Positions 36,888-46,502 of a stretch of 64,000 nt of DNA are shown here, piece after piece (position 1 is the first letter of the stretch; each line of letters begins with the position of its first letter). Under the pieces are notes generated by a model that did no database searches, was not told the DNA's origin, and saw only the letters and a program-made list of their open reading frames with translations. Source of the DNA: an uncultured delta proteobacterium (GTDB lineage Bacteria > Desulfobacterota > Binatia > Binatales > Binataceae); contig CAVURG010000006.1 in NCBI GenBank assembly GCA_963743865.1, forward strand, positions 2,368,107-2,432,106, given 5' to 3'. The translations under genes and the position numbers were made by a program.

Positions 36888-38155
36888 CCGGTGCGCAGCC
36901 GTGGCTTCAGGGCCATCGGCGTCGCAGGCTTGGGCCGAGCGAATATGGTCTTCCTGTTCATTGCCGCAGCCTGAAGGGAAATCGCGTACAAATTGGGCGC
37001 GAGCGCGATGAATATCCAGACTTCCTTTACGTATTCGGCGCTGAGAAAGAACTGCGCCACCATAACGCCAATTAATCCGATCTGAAATGACAGTCCGAGG
37101 GCCGCGATATCTTCGGGCATGCCCGGCAACTTCTGGGCGGTCCGGTAAGTAGCCAGGGTCACCCCCAGAATCGCCAAATAGAGCGCCAGTGTGGGAATGC
37201 CTCCCTCGGCCCCCAACTGTATGTAAGTGTTGTGTGCGATGTGAGGAGCTGGCTCAATGATGCTTAGCACCCGGTTGTACTGAAATTCGACGGACCGGAA
37301 TTGGCCCAGCCCTACGCCGAAGACCGGATGCGCCTCCATCATGCCGATCCCTGCTCGCGCCAGCTCGACGCGGCATCGGGTCGAGACTCCGGCTCCGGTC
37401 TCCGCCTGTCCTTCGATTCGAATATTCTGGATGCGTTTGAGCGTTCGAGCGGGACCAATCGCGGCCATGAAGGCCGCTGCGGCTGCGAATCCCACCATCA
37501 ATCGTATCTTATGGCGGGAATTCGCCCAAGCCAACACACCCATCACCATTAGCGCAAGCAACCCCCCTCGCGACTGCGAAATGAACACCGCGAATGCGAG
37601 AATCGGGGCGCAGATCCGTCCGGCCCATTTCCACAGATCGCGCTTTTCGTATCGCATCATCCAGATTGCGAGTGGCACTATCATGACCAATGAGAGCGCC
37701 TCATAGTTGGGGTCCTTGGACGGGCCAATCGGCCGCGGCCAATGTAAAATGTAGTACTGCTTGTACATCCATATGCTCGCAAACGTTTCGATCAGCACGA
37801 TCGCGCGAATAGTCATTTGCAATCTGCGGTGCGTGCTGATGAGAAGATTCGTCGCGAGCATCATGATCGCCAGGGAAAACAGGGTCGATACGTCCGAGGC
37901 CGGAAATCTCAGGGCAGACAAGACGGTCCCGATAACCTGAAACAGCGCGAACGCGGCAAACAGAAAAAGAATTCCCGCACCTGGCTGCCGGGCTGCATCG
38001 CGCGGCCGGCTAAGCAGCAGACTGGCAGCAACCAGCGGAATTCCCACCAATTTAATCGGCGTAATAGGAAATGACGCGACGTGGAAGAGCTGAGCGCCCA
38101 AAATCGGATGCTCCTGAAACGGAACCAGAAACAAAAAGATGAAATAAAGAATCAT
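36884..38155 (-). CDS. O-antigen ligase / Wzy_C-domain membrane protein (polymerase or O-glycosylation ligase)
   Basis: It has about 10-12 TM helices. FAVFISQSRGGLLALMVMGVLAW is the Wzy_C core motif. Confidence 0.75.
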   Translation of the reverse strand: MILYFIFLFLVPFQEHPILGAQLFHVASFPITPIKLVGIPLVAASLLLSRPRDAARQPGAGILFLFAAFALFQVIGTVLSALRFPASDVSTLFSLAIMMLATNLLISTHRRLQMTIRAIVLIETFASIWMYKQYYILHWPRPIGPSKDPNYEALSLVMIVPLAIWMMRYEKRDLWKWAGRICAPILAFAVFISQSRGGLLALMVMGVLAWANSRHKIRLMVGFAAAAAFMAAIGPARTLKRIQNIRIEGQAETGAGVSTRCRVELARAGIGMMEAHPVFGVGLGQFRSVEFQYNRVLSIIEPAPHIAHNTYIQLGAEGGIPTLALYLAILGVTLATYRTAQKLPGMPEDIAALGLSFQIGLIGVMVAQFFLSAEYVKEVWIFIALAPNLYAISLQAAAMNRKTIFARPKPATPMALKPRLRTG

Positions 38156-38334
38156 AAATTTTCGATTTATCAGCTCACGACGAAATAGACCGTCGCACCT
38201 GGGGTGCGGGGAAGATCAATAGTCAATCGACTCTGCCGGTGGTTACTCCTTTCGGAACCGGAACCGCAGACAAGGTCAATGCGCCGTCAAGCCAGTGCAT
38301 CATGAACTTGTCGCGCATATGGCTTCAAGAGCCT

Positions 38335-38994
38335 CTACTTGCGAAAAACAACGAGATTGCTGTGATTGAGCAGTCGGGTGTTGTGCTCGACGATCTCCAT
38401 CGGCGCCATCGCGGTCATCTTCTCCGCCGTCATGTCAGAGAACGCCTTGTTGAAGCGGGCGGCACGTTTTTCCTTGGCTGCATATTGCACCACGGCAATT
38501 CCCTCACGCTTGAGCACACGCCTTATCTCGCCCAGGTACTGGCGAATCCCATCGGGATCGATATGAACAAAGGTCCCGAACGTGAAGACGAAATCGATCG
38601 AGTCAGCGGCCACCCCGCAAAGCTCACACCCCTCGGGCTGGTAAAATTCGAAATTTGCGCCCGGAAACATCGTGCGCAGCGGCGCGAAGAACTCTCCATT
38701 GATGTCGACCACGATGGTTTTTTTTGCGGACACGAGATAGCGCGTCCACCGCCCGCCCCCGGATCCGATCTCCAGTACCGTCGCATCCGGCTTGACGTAC
38801 GGCTTGATGTAATCGTCAACGATCTTGTATAGGGCGCCCGGAGTCGCGCCAGGAGAAAATAACCGTCGAAAAAGATAGCGGATTCCCCGTAGCTCCGGGT
38901 CGCCCCACTGGCTTCCATACAGACGGCCGCGAAATTTTTGCCGAAATTCCTGGAAATCCCCCGCCCAACGGCGATTCCATTCTACAGAAGGCAC
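38335..38994 (-). CDS. class I SAM-dependent methyltransferase
   Basis: VLEIGSGGGRWTRYL, IDFVFTFGTFVHI. I place the start at GTG 38994, 7 nt after AAGGAGGA. The track ORF extends to 39327 and overlaps the upstream gene. Confidence 0.75.
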   Translation of the reverse strand: MPSVEWNRRWAGDFQEFRQKFRGRLYGSQWGDPELRGIRYLFRRLFSPGATPGALYKIVDDYIKPYVKPDATVLEIGSGGGRWTRYLVSAKKTIVVDINGEFFAPLRTMFPGANFEFYQPEGCELCGVAADSIDFVFTFGTFVHIDPDGIRQYLGEIRRVLKREGIAVVQYAAKEKRAARFNKAFSDMTAEKMTAMAPMEIVEHNTRLLNHSNLVVFRK

Positions 38995-39250
38995 ACGTTT
39001 ATCCTCCTTGTGGCGGCACGGGTCCAAGCCTCCGCCGGATTTTCGTTTTGACGCTTCGGATCGAGGCCCGATCGCCCAACTCCGCCCTATAGCGCAAGCG
39101 GCCGGGCTCTCCCTTGGTTTTGGCTGAAGCTGGGCCGCGAAAAACAGCCCGTTCCGCGCTGAGACCGCCCTTGCATCAAATGGCGATGCATTGGCGTGCC
39201 GCTGTAAGGTTTCAAAAATTGCGATGTACCCGGAACGCACTCCGCAAATG

Positions 39251-40174
39251 CTACAGAATTTTCTCGCGGAGCCGCCGCTGGATTCTTCCAAATAGCGCCA
39301 TCCGTTCCGACCGGATCTCGCGCACATGCTTCAGTGACTCAGCATCGAGATTGCAACGGTCCACTTGCGACAGCCCGCGCACCCCGTCTATGCACCCCTG
39401 GAGATAGGCCCGCACCTGCATTGCGCGCAACGAAAAAAATCCCATCGTGGCGAGATGGGCAAACACCCGCGGAATCGCCATCACCGGCGGAAATGATCGA
39501 TAGACAACCCAGATTCCATTTCGTGTGTAGTAATAATAGACCCGCCAATCAGGACGATGCTCGATCGCCGCGTGATGAGTTGTCGACACGCGGGGCGTAT
39601 GTACGACGCGGCAGCCGCTGCCGATTAGTCGGTAGCTAAGGTCCACGCCCTCGTGGCCGAGGAAAAATTCGGCCGGATAGCCGCCCACTGACAAAACCTT
39701 TTCGCGCCTGAGCGCGCACGCTCCCTCCAGAATAAAGTGAGTTTCAAACTCCCGAGACGCGTGCGAGATAGGCCGGGGATGGCACCAATCGCGTTCCAGG
39801 ACCCTACCATCGACGCCGGTAACCGTGAAGTTCAGGCATGCGAGCAGCGGGTCGCGCGAGAATGCGGTTTCCACTTCCGCGATGCAATTGGGACTGGACA
39901 ATTCGACGTCGTCGTCGAGGGTAATTACGATTGGAGTACCGGCTGCGCGCAGGCCGATGTTTCGGCCCTCGCATCCGGCGTTGGACGGCGCGGCAAGGTA
40001 GCGCACATTTGGATATTCGGCCGCCAGCAGGCTCTTCAGTTCCGGTTCAGCGGCGTTGTCGACCACGATTATCTCGGCCACCTGGTCCGCATACGGAAGC
40101 GTCGATGCCAGAGCGCGCCGGAGATGTTGATGGCGCTTGTAGGTGAGAATCGAGATGGTGACCACGCGACTCAT
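39251..40174 (-). CDS. glycosyltransferase family 2
   Basis: VVTISILTYKRHQHLRRALAS...IIVVDNAA...ITLDDDVEL. The ATG at 40174 forms an ATGA overlap with the upstream stop. Confidence 0.8.
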   Translation of the reverse strand: MSRVVTISILTYKRHQHLRRALASTLPYADQVAEIIVVDNAAEPELKSLLAAEYPNVRYLAAPSNAGCEGRNIGLRAAGTPIVITLDDDVELSSPNCIAEVETAFSRDPLLACLNFTVTGVDGRVLERDWCHPRPISHASREFETHFILEGACALRREKVLSVGGYPAEFFLGHEGVDLSYRLIGSGCRVVHTPRVSTTHHAAIEHRPDWRVYYYYTRNGIWVVYRSFPPVMAIPRVFAHLATMGFFSLRAMQVRAYLQGCIDGVRGLSQVDRCNLDAESLKHVREIRSERMALFGRIQRRLREKIL

Positions 40175-41424
40175 ACGGCAGCGAACCTCAAATGCCTCTC
40201 CCAAGCTCCGAGCGTGGCGCGAGTGAGCAGCCGCCTGCGTTGCGATGCGTCCTGCGCTTCAACGGCGAGCGCCCGGCAAAGCTCGGCCGCCATCTCGGTT
40301 CCCCGACCTTTACCCGATCCGATCTCGTCCCAGAAGAAATCGATCACGCATCCGGTTCCGTAAATCAGCGTGGCGAGCGAACCGACCCGCACCGCGGCGA
40401 GCATCGCGCGCGGTCCCAATTGACGCAATCCGGAAGGCTGCCGGAACAGCCGAGCCCAGTCACGCAGGCGCTGCGCGGCGGTCTCGAGACTACTCAGTCG
40501 CGCGAAGATTCCGCGCCAATCGCCTGCCGTCGTGCTCGTGCCCAGCAATTGCCCGCTTTCCCAGTTCCAGGTCGCACGCGCAATCTCAACGGCCTCGCTG
40601 AATTCCTGGGCGGAATCTCCGGACGGAAATCCGGCCTGGCCGAGCTTTTGAGCCATCGCGTTGCGGAAACGGGAGATGAACCGGCCGCACATCTCGGCTC
40701 CCAAAATCTCTTTGTGCGCGCGCAGCGCGTCCTCAACCGGCTGTTGCCTGCTCCGATATCCTGGCAGGTAGCATCCCAAAAAAACTGACAGCGACGTTCC
40801 CAGATCAATCCAGAATTTGGCGAGTGAGTAGGCAACAGCAGTACTATCGCCGGTACGGTCCACATACTCAGTCCGTACTGCAATTTGTTCGATTATCCGG
40901 TTGTTCAGCAAACGAAACGCATCATGTTTGGATATTGCTTCTCCGCTCGACGACGCAGGCGGAACCGGAATCGCGGCGGGATCGCCCCAAAGCAGCTTTG
41001 CGTGCTCGCACAGCTCCCGGGTAAAGATTGCCGGCCGCAGGCGAGTCATCCCCTGCGTCAGAATCGCGCGCAATTCAACCTTGATTCCGCGCTCGGCGTT
41101 GGCGCAATCGGAGTTGGTGTCCCGCTCGATCTGCCGCATCGACCGCTGAATTTCCCGCGTTGAGACAACGCCGCCCCGCACTACCACGAGGCACTCGACG
41201 TCGCTCAACCATCGGCTTTTGGTTCGAGGATCTGGGATGATCGTCCCTTCGCCGCGCGCGAGACTTCCGGTCAGGAGGACGCCGGCGACGCTCGGCGCGG
41301 CGGCGCAGTTGCGGACGCGCGCGAGCAACAGTTCCAACTCGCGGCGAACCTCGTCCTGAAAGGCGGGATCGGCGCTGAGGGGAAACGATCCCGGCGGGCT
41401 CAAGCTGAACGCGCCGTCAGTCAT
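40171..41424 (-). CDS. uncharacterised cytoplasmic protein with a minimal nucleotidyltransferase-fold signature
   Basis: LLTGSLARGEG...LSDVECLVVV...IKVELRAIL fits hG[GS]-x(n)-[DE]h[DE]h plus a third acidic strand. The rest is helical with no recognisable domain. It has ATGA overlaps at both ends. Confidence 0.45.
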   Translation of the reverse strand: MTDGAFSLSPPGSFPLSADPAFQDEVRRELELLLARVRNCAAAPSVAGVLLTGSLARGEGTIIPDPRTKSRWLSDVECLVVVRGGVVSTREIQRSMRQIERDTNSDCANAERGIKVELRAILTQGMTRLRPAIFTRELCEHAKLLWGDPAAIPVPPASSSGEAISKHDAFRLLNNRIIEQIAVRTEYVDRTGDSTAVAYSLAKFWIDLGTSLSVFLGCYLPGYRSRQQPVEDALRAHKEILGAEMCGRFISRFRNAMAQKLGQAGFPSGDSAQEFSEAVEIARATWNWESGQLLGTSTTAGDWRGIFARLSSLETAAQRLRDWARLFRQPSGLRQLGPRAMLAAVRVGSLATLIYGTGCVIDFFWDEIGSGKGRGTEMAAELCRALAVEAQDASQRRRLLTRATLGAWERHLRFAAV

Positions 41425-43739
41425 TCGCTCAATTCAGGGTCCGCGTACTTCGAGTACTTCGAGTATTTCCCGTAGCGCCCGTAGCGCCCGTAGCGTCCGT
41501 AGCGGCCATAACGCTCGCCACGCAGGGTCGAATACGAAGGCTTGAAGCGGTTCAGCACCACGGCGAACAGATCCTCGGGATCGAACATGAGAAAAGTCTT
41601 GGTGGTCGCAGCGCGCGAGGTGCTGTCGGCGGCGGTCACGATGATTGTGCCATCTCCGTTCCTCGCCAGAATCTGGGCATCCGGAACCAGCAATGCCGGC
41701 GGGGTATCAATTATTACGTATTGGTAAGCGCCGCTGGCCTTCACGGTGTCGATCAACTGGTCCATTTTGGTGGAAGCGAGGTATTCCGGCGCGCGGTTGC
41801 TGGTTCCTCCCGAGGGTAGCAGGCTGAGACCTGGCACGGGCGTCGGCAGTACGATGGAAGCTAATTCCGTGGTTCCCTGCAGATATCCGAGCAATCCGTC
41901 CACTTTCGGCACCGGAAAGGAATAGTGCTGAAATGGAGCGCGGATATCGCCGTCGATCAAGAGAGTGCCGCTACCCGATACTGCCAGCGCGGCTGCCAGG
42001 TTCAACGCGATAAAACTCTTTCCCTCGCCACCCACAGCGCTCGCAACGACAAATATCTTGGCGTCATCGTGTTGCGCCGCCCATGCTCTCAGCTTGAAAG
42101 CGAGCAGCTGAAACTCGTCAGCTGCGCTGGAGACCATCTGCGCTCCAGCCGCCACCAGGGGCGGCGCCGGAAAGCGCTGGGCAAACCTTGCGGCGCGGGC
42201 CGCGAGCGCATGCGAATTCCCATTGGCGCCATTGTGATTTGCCGATTCGCCGTCGTCCGTAGCTTCAGTGCCGTTGGCGAATTGCTCAGGTCCGGATGCG
42301 CTGGAGTCGGCCGTGGCGCCATTTCCCGGCAGTGCCAGCAGAGCCTCCGCCGGTTTCACCTGACCGTTGAGATCACGGTGATCGACCTCCGGCACTCGCG
42401 AGATGGCAATTGCGTTGACATCGGCGAACTCGGCTCTGACGTCATCGGAATCCTTAAATGAAGTATCCGTGTAAAAAAGCCCAAAGGGGATTGCCAACGC
42501 GATCAGCAGCGTCGCAGCAACGCCGCCTCCTATCAGCAAGAGCGAATTTGGGTATGACGGGCGGGCGGGCAGCGAGGCAGCCTGCAGCACCTGTAAGCGC
42601 TCTCCCTGCCCGCGTTCAAGCACGGCCTGACCGGCACGAGCTTCGAAAAAGAGAGTGTTCAGGTCGTGATAGCGGCTCGACAGGATTCCATAGTCGCGGT
42701 TCACCGCAGCAATCGCCTCCTCATGCGCTGGAGTCTCGGCGATTGCGCGCTGGTAATCCACAATTTGCTGCTGGATCAAGCTGGCGGTCGAGCTGCGGGG
42801 TGGCGCAACGGCCGGTTGCTTGGAGGGTTTCACGATTTCCTTCTCCAGGACGGCGATCTGCGACTTGGTGTCGATCACCTCGGGATATTCGTCGCTGTAC
42901 TGGGCTCTGAGCGCAACCAGCTTGGTCTGCAGCGCCGCCAGCGCCGCATCGGGCGTGTTTGGCTTTGGCGACTCCGGCAAAGTTGCTTGCAACGCATTGG
43001 TCTTGTTGTCGGCGTTCTGCTCGGACCGTCCGAGCTGCAATTGAAGCGCTTGCAAGGCCCTGACGTTGTCATCGAGGTCTTGCGGCATGCTCCCGTGATA
43101 TTTCTCCTTCAGGATTTTGATCTGGCGCTGGCTTTCGGCGAGCTTGCTTTTGGTCTCATCCAGTTCGCTCGAAAGTAATTTGATGGTCTCCGCATTGTGG
43201 TGCTCGCGTTCCTTGCGGTACTCATCAATCATTATATTCCCCAAATCATTCGCCACCGCTTGCGCCTTGGCCGGATTGCGGTCTTGAAACGAAATCGCGA
43301 TCGTGTTCGGAGGAAGGTTTCTCTGCCAACGATTGGGGGTCGCTGACTGCAACACGGAATCGGGAATGGTAATCGTTATCTCGCCGCTCAATTTTCCAAT
43401 CGCGCCGGGCTCCGGCTTGCCGTGGCGAAGGTACAGCCCGTGCTTCGATATCAGTTTGGCAAGATGGGTATGCGTGATGGTTTCCTCGCTAAGAGCCTCA
43501 AGACGCGATTCCAGATGACTATTGTCAGGTACATTTTGCGGTTCGGCTCCAACCAAATTGGATTGAACATCGGCATTCCAGACTTCCAGCAGCACTGATG
43601 AAGTGTATTCCTTGGGCACCAAAAACAGCGCCAGCGCTGTGAGCGCCAGACCAGCGGCGACGGTCGAATAGAAACTCGCCCGATGGCGGTGAATGATGTC
43701 CCAGTACGGTCCGACGCTAATGAAGGTCTGATTACTCAT
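41421..43739 (-). CDS. polysaccharide co-polymerase (Wzz-like chain-length determinant) fused to a BY-type tyrosine autokinase (Wzc/GumC/EpsF-EpsG-like)
   Basis: It has an N-terminal TM helix, a long coiled-coil periplasmic region and a second TM helix. The P-loop is VVASAVGGEGKSFIALNLAAALA, followed by IIDTPP. The C-terminal Tyr tail is GERYGRYGRYGRYGRYGKYSKYSKY. I take the start as ATG 43739, which forms an ATGA overlap. Confidence 0.85.
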   Translation of the reverse strand: MSNQTFISVGPYWDIIHRHRASFYSTVAAGLALTALALFLVPKEYTSSVLLEVWNADVQSNLVGAEPQNVPDNSHLESRLEALSEETITHTHLAKLISKHGLYLRHGKPEPGAIGKLSGEITITIPDSVLQSATPNRWQRNLPPNTIAISFQDRNPAKAQAVANDLGNIMIDEYRKEREHHNAETIKLLSSELDETKSKLAESQRQIKILKEKYHGSMPQDLDDNVRALQALQLQLGRSEQNADNKTNALQATLPESPKPNTPDAALAALQTKLVALRAQYSDEYPEVIDTKSQIAVLEKEIVKPSKQPAVAPPRSSTASLIQQQIVDYQRAIAETPAHEEAIAAVNRDYGILSSRYHDLNTLFFEARAGQAVLERGQGERLQVLQAASLPARPSYPNSLLLIGGGVAATLLIALAIPFGLFYTDTSFKDSDDVRAEFADVNAIAISRVPEVDHRDLNGQVKPAEALLALPGNGATADSSASGPEQFANGTEATDDGESANHNGANGNSHALAARAARFAQRFPAPPLVAAGAQMVSSAADEFQLLAFKLRAWAAQHDDAKIFVVASAVGGEGKSFIALNLAAALAVSGSGTLLIDGDIRAPFQHYSFPVPKVDGLLGYLQGTTELASIVLPTPVPGLSLLPSGGTSNRAPEYLASTKMDQLIDTVKASGAYQYVIIDTPPALLVPDAQILARNGDGTIIVTAADSTSRAATTKTFLMFDPEDLFAVVLNRFKPSYSTLRGERYGRYGRYGRYGRYGKYSKYSKYADPELSE
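41445..41516 (-). repeat. eight tandem 9-bp units encoding the x-x-Tyr tail of the kinase
   Basis: The units are gtacttcga x2, gtatttccc, gtagcgccc x2, gtagcgtcc, gtagcggcc and ataacgctc. Confidence 0.85.
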
Positions 43740-44977
43740 TGCCAACTCCAGCGAAACGCTTCGATCGAAGCGCTGAATCCCACGCAAATATAATTGCCAA
43801 CCGCTTCCTGTCCGTTTTGGTTCCCGCTGGGAAGAAATTGGCTGGGGGCGTTCTCGTTCCGGCGAATCTCAACGAACCGGGTGTAAACGCTTAGCCATTT
43901 GTTCACGCGTTCGGTCAAGCCGACGCCCCAGGTAACCAATTGCCCATTAAGTATTCTGCTTCCGAGCATGTCATAATATCCGCCGCCCACCATGCCGGTC
44001 AGCCGCGGGGTAAAGTCGTAGAGGATGGAACCGCCTACCCAGCGTAATTCATTGGCGCCGGCGAAGCCGCCGGTCAGCTCCGGGCGTTGGCCCCCATCGA
44101 TCCTCAGGTGTCCGCGCTGGAGAGTGTATTCAAGCAGCGCTTCCCCGCCCGGATTGACGGTTTGCGTGTTGGTCCCCTGGGTATGGGAAACCACGACGCC
44201 CACGGTTCCCTTAAAGTAAAAGCGTTGCATCGGGGACCAGGTAACTACTGCAAACGGCCAGTGCGCCTGTTGGCCGGGTATTCCCGGACCGCTAAATCGG
44301 AAGTCATAAAATCGATATCCCGCACCCAGAGAGAAGTGATTAGTGAAATGGTATTGGGTGGTGGTCTCAATGCTTTGCTCGTAGCTCGTATTATTCGTGA
44401 AGCTGTTGGAGCCATTCCCCCAGAAGGTCTCTTGATGAAGGGCGACGTCGCTGTGCCAGTTGCGTCCCCAATTGTGAAACAGCCGTGCATTGACGTAATT
44501 GATCGATGCCTGATAGTTCGCCAGCAACAGCTGGGCCGCAATCGGGTTGAACTTCGGGGCTTGATCGCCGGTGATGAGGCCCAAATAGCCCGGCGTATCG
44601 CGGCCGAAAAATTCATCCAGCCGCAGCCCGGTCGTCGGCGATAGCTTTTCTTCGTCGGTCGCACCGACAAACTGCCCTTCTCCCGCCCGATCGTACCTGG
44701 ATTGGTGGGCGAATAGCTGGGCGAAAGTATCCCAGTGCAGCGCCGCGTATCTGGCAGCCGAGGTGTAATCGAGGTAAAGGCCGGCAAACATTGTGGTCCC
44801 GAAATCACCCATCTGGTTGGTGGTCCGGAGCGGAATATTGTCGCCGTAAAATCCGTTCATTTGCAGCTCGGGATAAAGGCGGAACAAGTCGTCCGCATGC
44901 CCGGCGGCCGGAACGGCGAAGATTATGCACGCTGCAAGAAGTAGAATCCCTGAATGATTTCTTGTTCTCATGATCAT
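43736..44977 (-). CDS. outer-membrane beta-barrel protein of the EPS locus (EpsL / PEP-CTERM-locus OMP-like)
   Basis: The signal peptide is LLLAACIIFAVPAAGHA. Alternating aromatic/Gly beta-strand patterns (GAGYRFYDFRF, GVGLTER..) run throughout. Confidence 0.6.
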   Translation of the reverse strand: MIMRTRNHSGILLLAACIIFAVPAAGHADDLFRLYPELQMNGFYGDNIPLRTTNQMGDFGTTMFAGLYLDYTSAARYAALHWDTFAQLFAHQSRYDRAGEGQFVGATDEEKLSPTTGLRLDEFFGRDTPGYLGLITGDQAPKFNPIAAQLLLANYQASINYVNARLFHNWGRNWHSDVALHQETFWGNGSNSFTNNTSYEQSIETTTQYHFTNHFSLGAGYRFYDFRFSGPGIPGQQAHWPFAVVTWSPMQRFYFKGTVGVVVSHTQGTNTQTVNPGGEALLEYTLQRGHLRIDGGQRPELTGGFAGANELRWVGGSILYDFTPRLTGMVGGGYYDMLGSRILNGQLVTWGVGLTERVNKWLSVYTRFVEIRRNENAPSQFLPSGNQNGQEAVGNYICVGFSASIEAFRWSWQ

Positions 44978-45642
44978 GGCACCGATACCGTGTCTCCGGG
45001 CTCTACCGGAACATCCGCTGATACGTCCCCACCGGATCGCACCACGTTGTAGTTAACCGTGAGCACAATCGTCTCGTTTTCCTTATGGCGCAGGATCCGA
45101 ACCTTGCTTGGATCGGCAAACTCCCCCAGCCCCCCGGCCTCGGCGAGCGCTTGCGACAAGACTTCACCCGAGTGCAGCTTAAATGCTCCCGGTTTGTTTA
45201 CCGAGCCGAGTACATAGAATACGTGGCTGGCCGGATCGGTCACGCGCACCGTAACATTCACCCCATGAACATAGCGAGCGTAGCGTTTCTCAAGGTCCGC
45301 CTTGAGCGTGTCAGGCGTAAGGCCAGCCGCTGGAATCCGCCCAATCAGCGGCATCGCGATCGTTCCGTCTGACGCGACGATTACCTTACCGCTGAGTTGT
45401 GGCTGGGTCCAGACAATGACCTCGAGCTCATCATCGCGACCGATCAGGTAGGGTTCGGCGGTCTTCGCAGCCGCACGGGCAACAACTTTTTCCCGCACTG
45501 GCGTAGAATTGAACAAGCTGCATGCGGCCATCGACATTGAAATCGCGACCGCGAGCAAAATTGTTACGGTCAGCGCTGCACCCGCAAGCGTAATCTCGAA
45601 AACGAACTCAATCGTGCCAATTTTCATCAAATTACTTGCCAA
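44974..45642 (-). CDS. polysaccharide export protein (Wza-like; Poly_export + SLBB)
   Basis: YLIGRDDELEVIVWTQPQLSG...DGTIAMPLIGRIPAAGLTPDTLKADLEKRY...VLGSVNKPGAF. A possible lipobox is SMAAC. Confidence 0.85.
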   Translation of the reverse strand: MASNLMKIGTIEFVFEITLAGAALTVTILLAVAISMSMAACSLFNSTPVREKVVARAAAKTAEPYLIGRDDELEVIVWTQPQLSGKVIVASDGTIAMPLIGRIPAAGLTPDTLKADLEKRYARYVHGVNVTVRVTDPASHVFYVLGSVNKPGAFKLHSGEVLSQALAEAGGLGEFADPSKVRILRHKENETIVLTVNYNVVRSGGDVSADVPVEPGDTVSVP

Positions 45643-46501
45643 CCGCTCCTTTCAGCGTCGTCTTGCCCGTCGCACCCTTGCGCCGCTCGCCGACGACCGA
45701 AAGCCGGCCATAGCTCTGCTGCGCAACCGGCTCCGCAGAACGTGGCTCATCACCGAGCGGGTTCTGTATCCGGGCGAATCTATGGTCCTGGGAATCCCAA
45801 CCCTTTAGCAGAATATACTGTCTTCCACGCCGCTGAACCAGACCACGCTCCTCCATTTCGTTCAAGATTCGGCTTACCAGCGGTCGCGAGCTCGCGATCA
45901 TCTCTGCCAGGTCCGCTTGCGAAAGCTCGGGAATTATCAGCGTACCGCGGTTGTCGCGCACACCGACCCGCCGACCGAGATCACTCAGCACGACTTCGAG
46001 ACGCTGCTGGAACGGCAAGCCAAGAAAACTTGTCCACCAATGAAGAGTTGACGACCAGAACGAATTTAACGTCTGGTAGAGCTCGATGGCCTGATCGGGA
46101 TCAAGTGAGTGAAGCAGCCGTAGCGCCCGCTCTCGCGTGAACAGCGCAATCGAGCACTTACTCAGCGCCTGCGTCTCAAATATCTTCGACCGGCGTCCCC
46201 TGCCGTCTTCGCTATCGGCGTAGCCGATTATCTCGCCCGGACCCGACAGCCGCGCCAGCACCCGCGCGCCATTATCCGTGTTGCAGTACACCTTTACGTA
46301 GCCCGCCAGCACGCAGCCGAACAGATCTCCCGGCGATCCTTCCAGAAATACCATTGCACCGCGCGGGTAACTGACCGTGTTTCGATAATCGACGAGATCG
46401 TCGGCGATGGCGCTCGGCACGCGCCAGCGGCTGAAATTTCCCCGCAGCCGGGCGTAACCTTCCTCGCATAGGGCGCCGCTTGCCATCACCCGTTCCTCCA
46501 T
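45632..46501 (-). CDS. Crp/Fnr-family transcriptional regulator
   Basis: The cNMP-binding-like barrel reads GAMVFLEGSPGDLFGCVLAGYVKV...SGPGEIIGY. The HTH reads SQADLAEMIASSRPLVSRILNEMEERGLV. Confidence 0.8.
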   Translation of the reverse strand: MEERVMASGALCEEGYARLRGNFSRWRVPSAIADDLVDYRNTVSYPRGAMVFLEGSPGDLFGCVLAGYVKVYCNTDNGARVLARLSGPGEIIGYADSEDGRGRRSKIFETQALSKCSIALFTRERALRLLHSLDPDQAIELYQTLNSFWSSTLHWWTSFLGLPFQQRLEVVLSDLGRRVGVRDNRGTLIIPELSQADLAEMIASSRPLVSRILNEMEERGLVQRRGRQYILLKGWDSQDHRFARIQNPLGDEPRSAEPVAQQSYGRLSVVGERRKGATGKTTLKGAVGK

Positions 46502-46502
46502 G

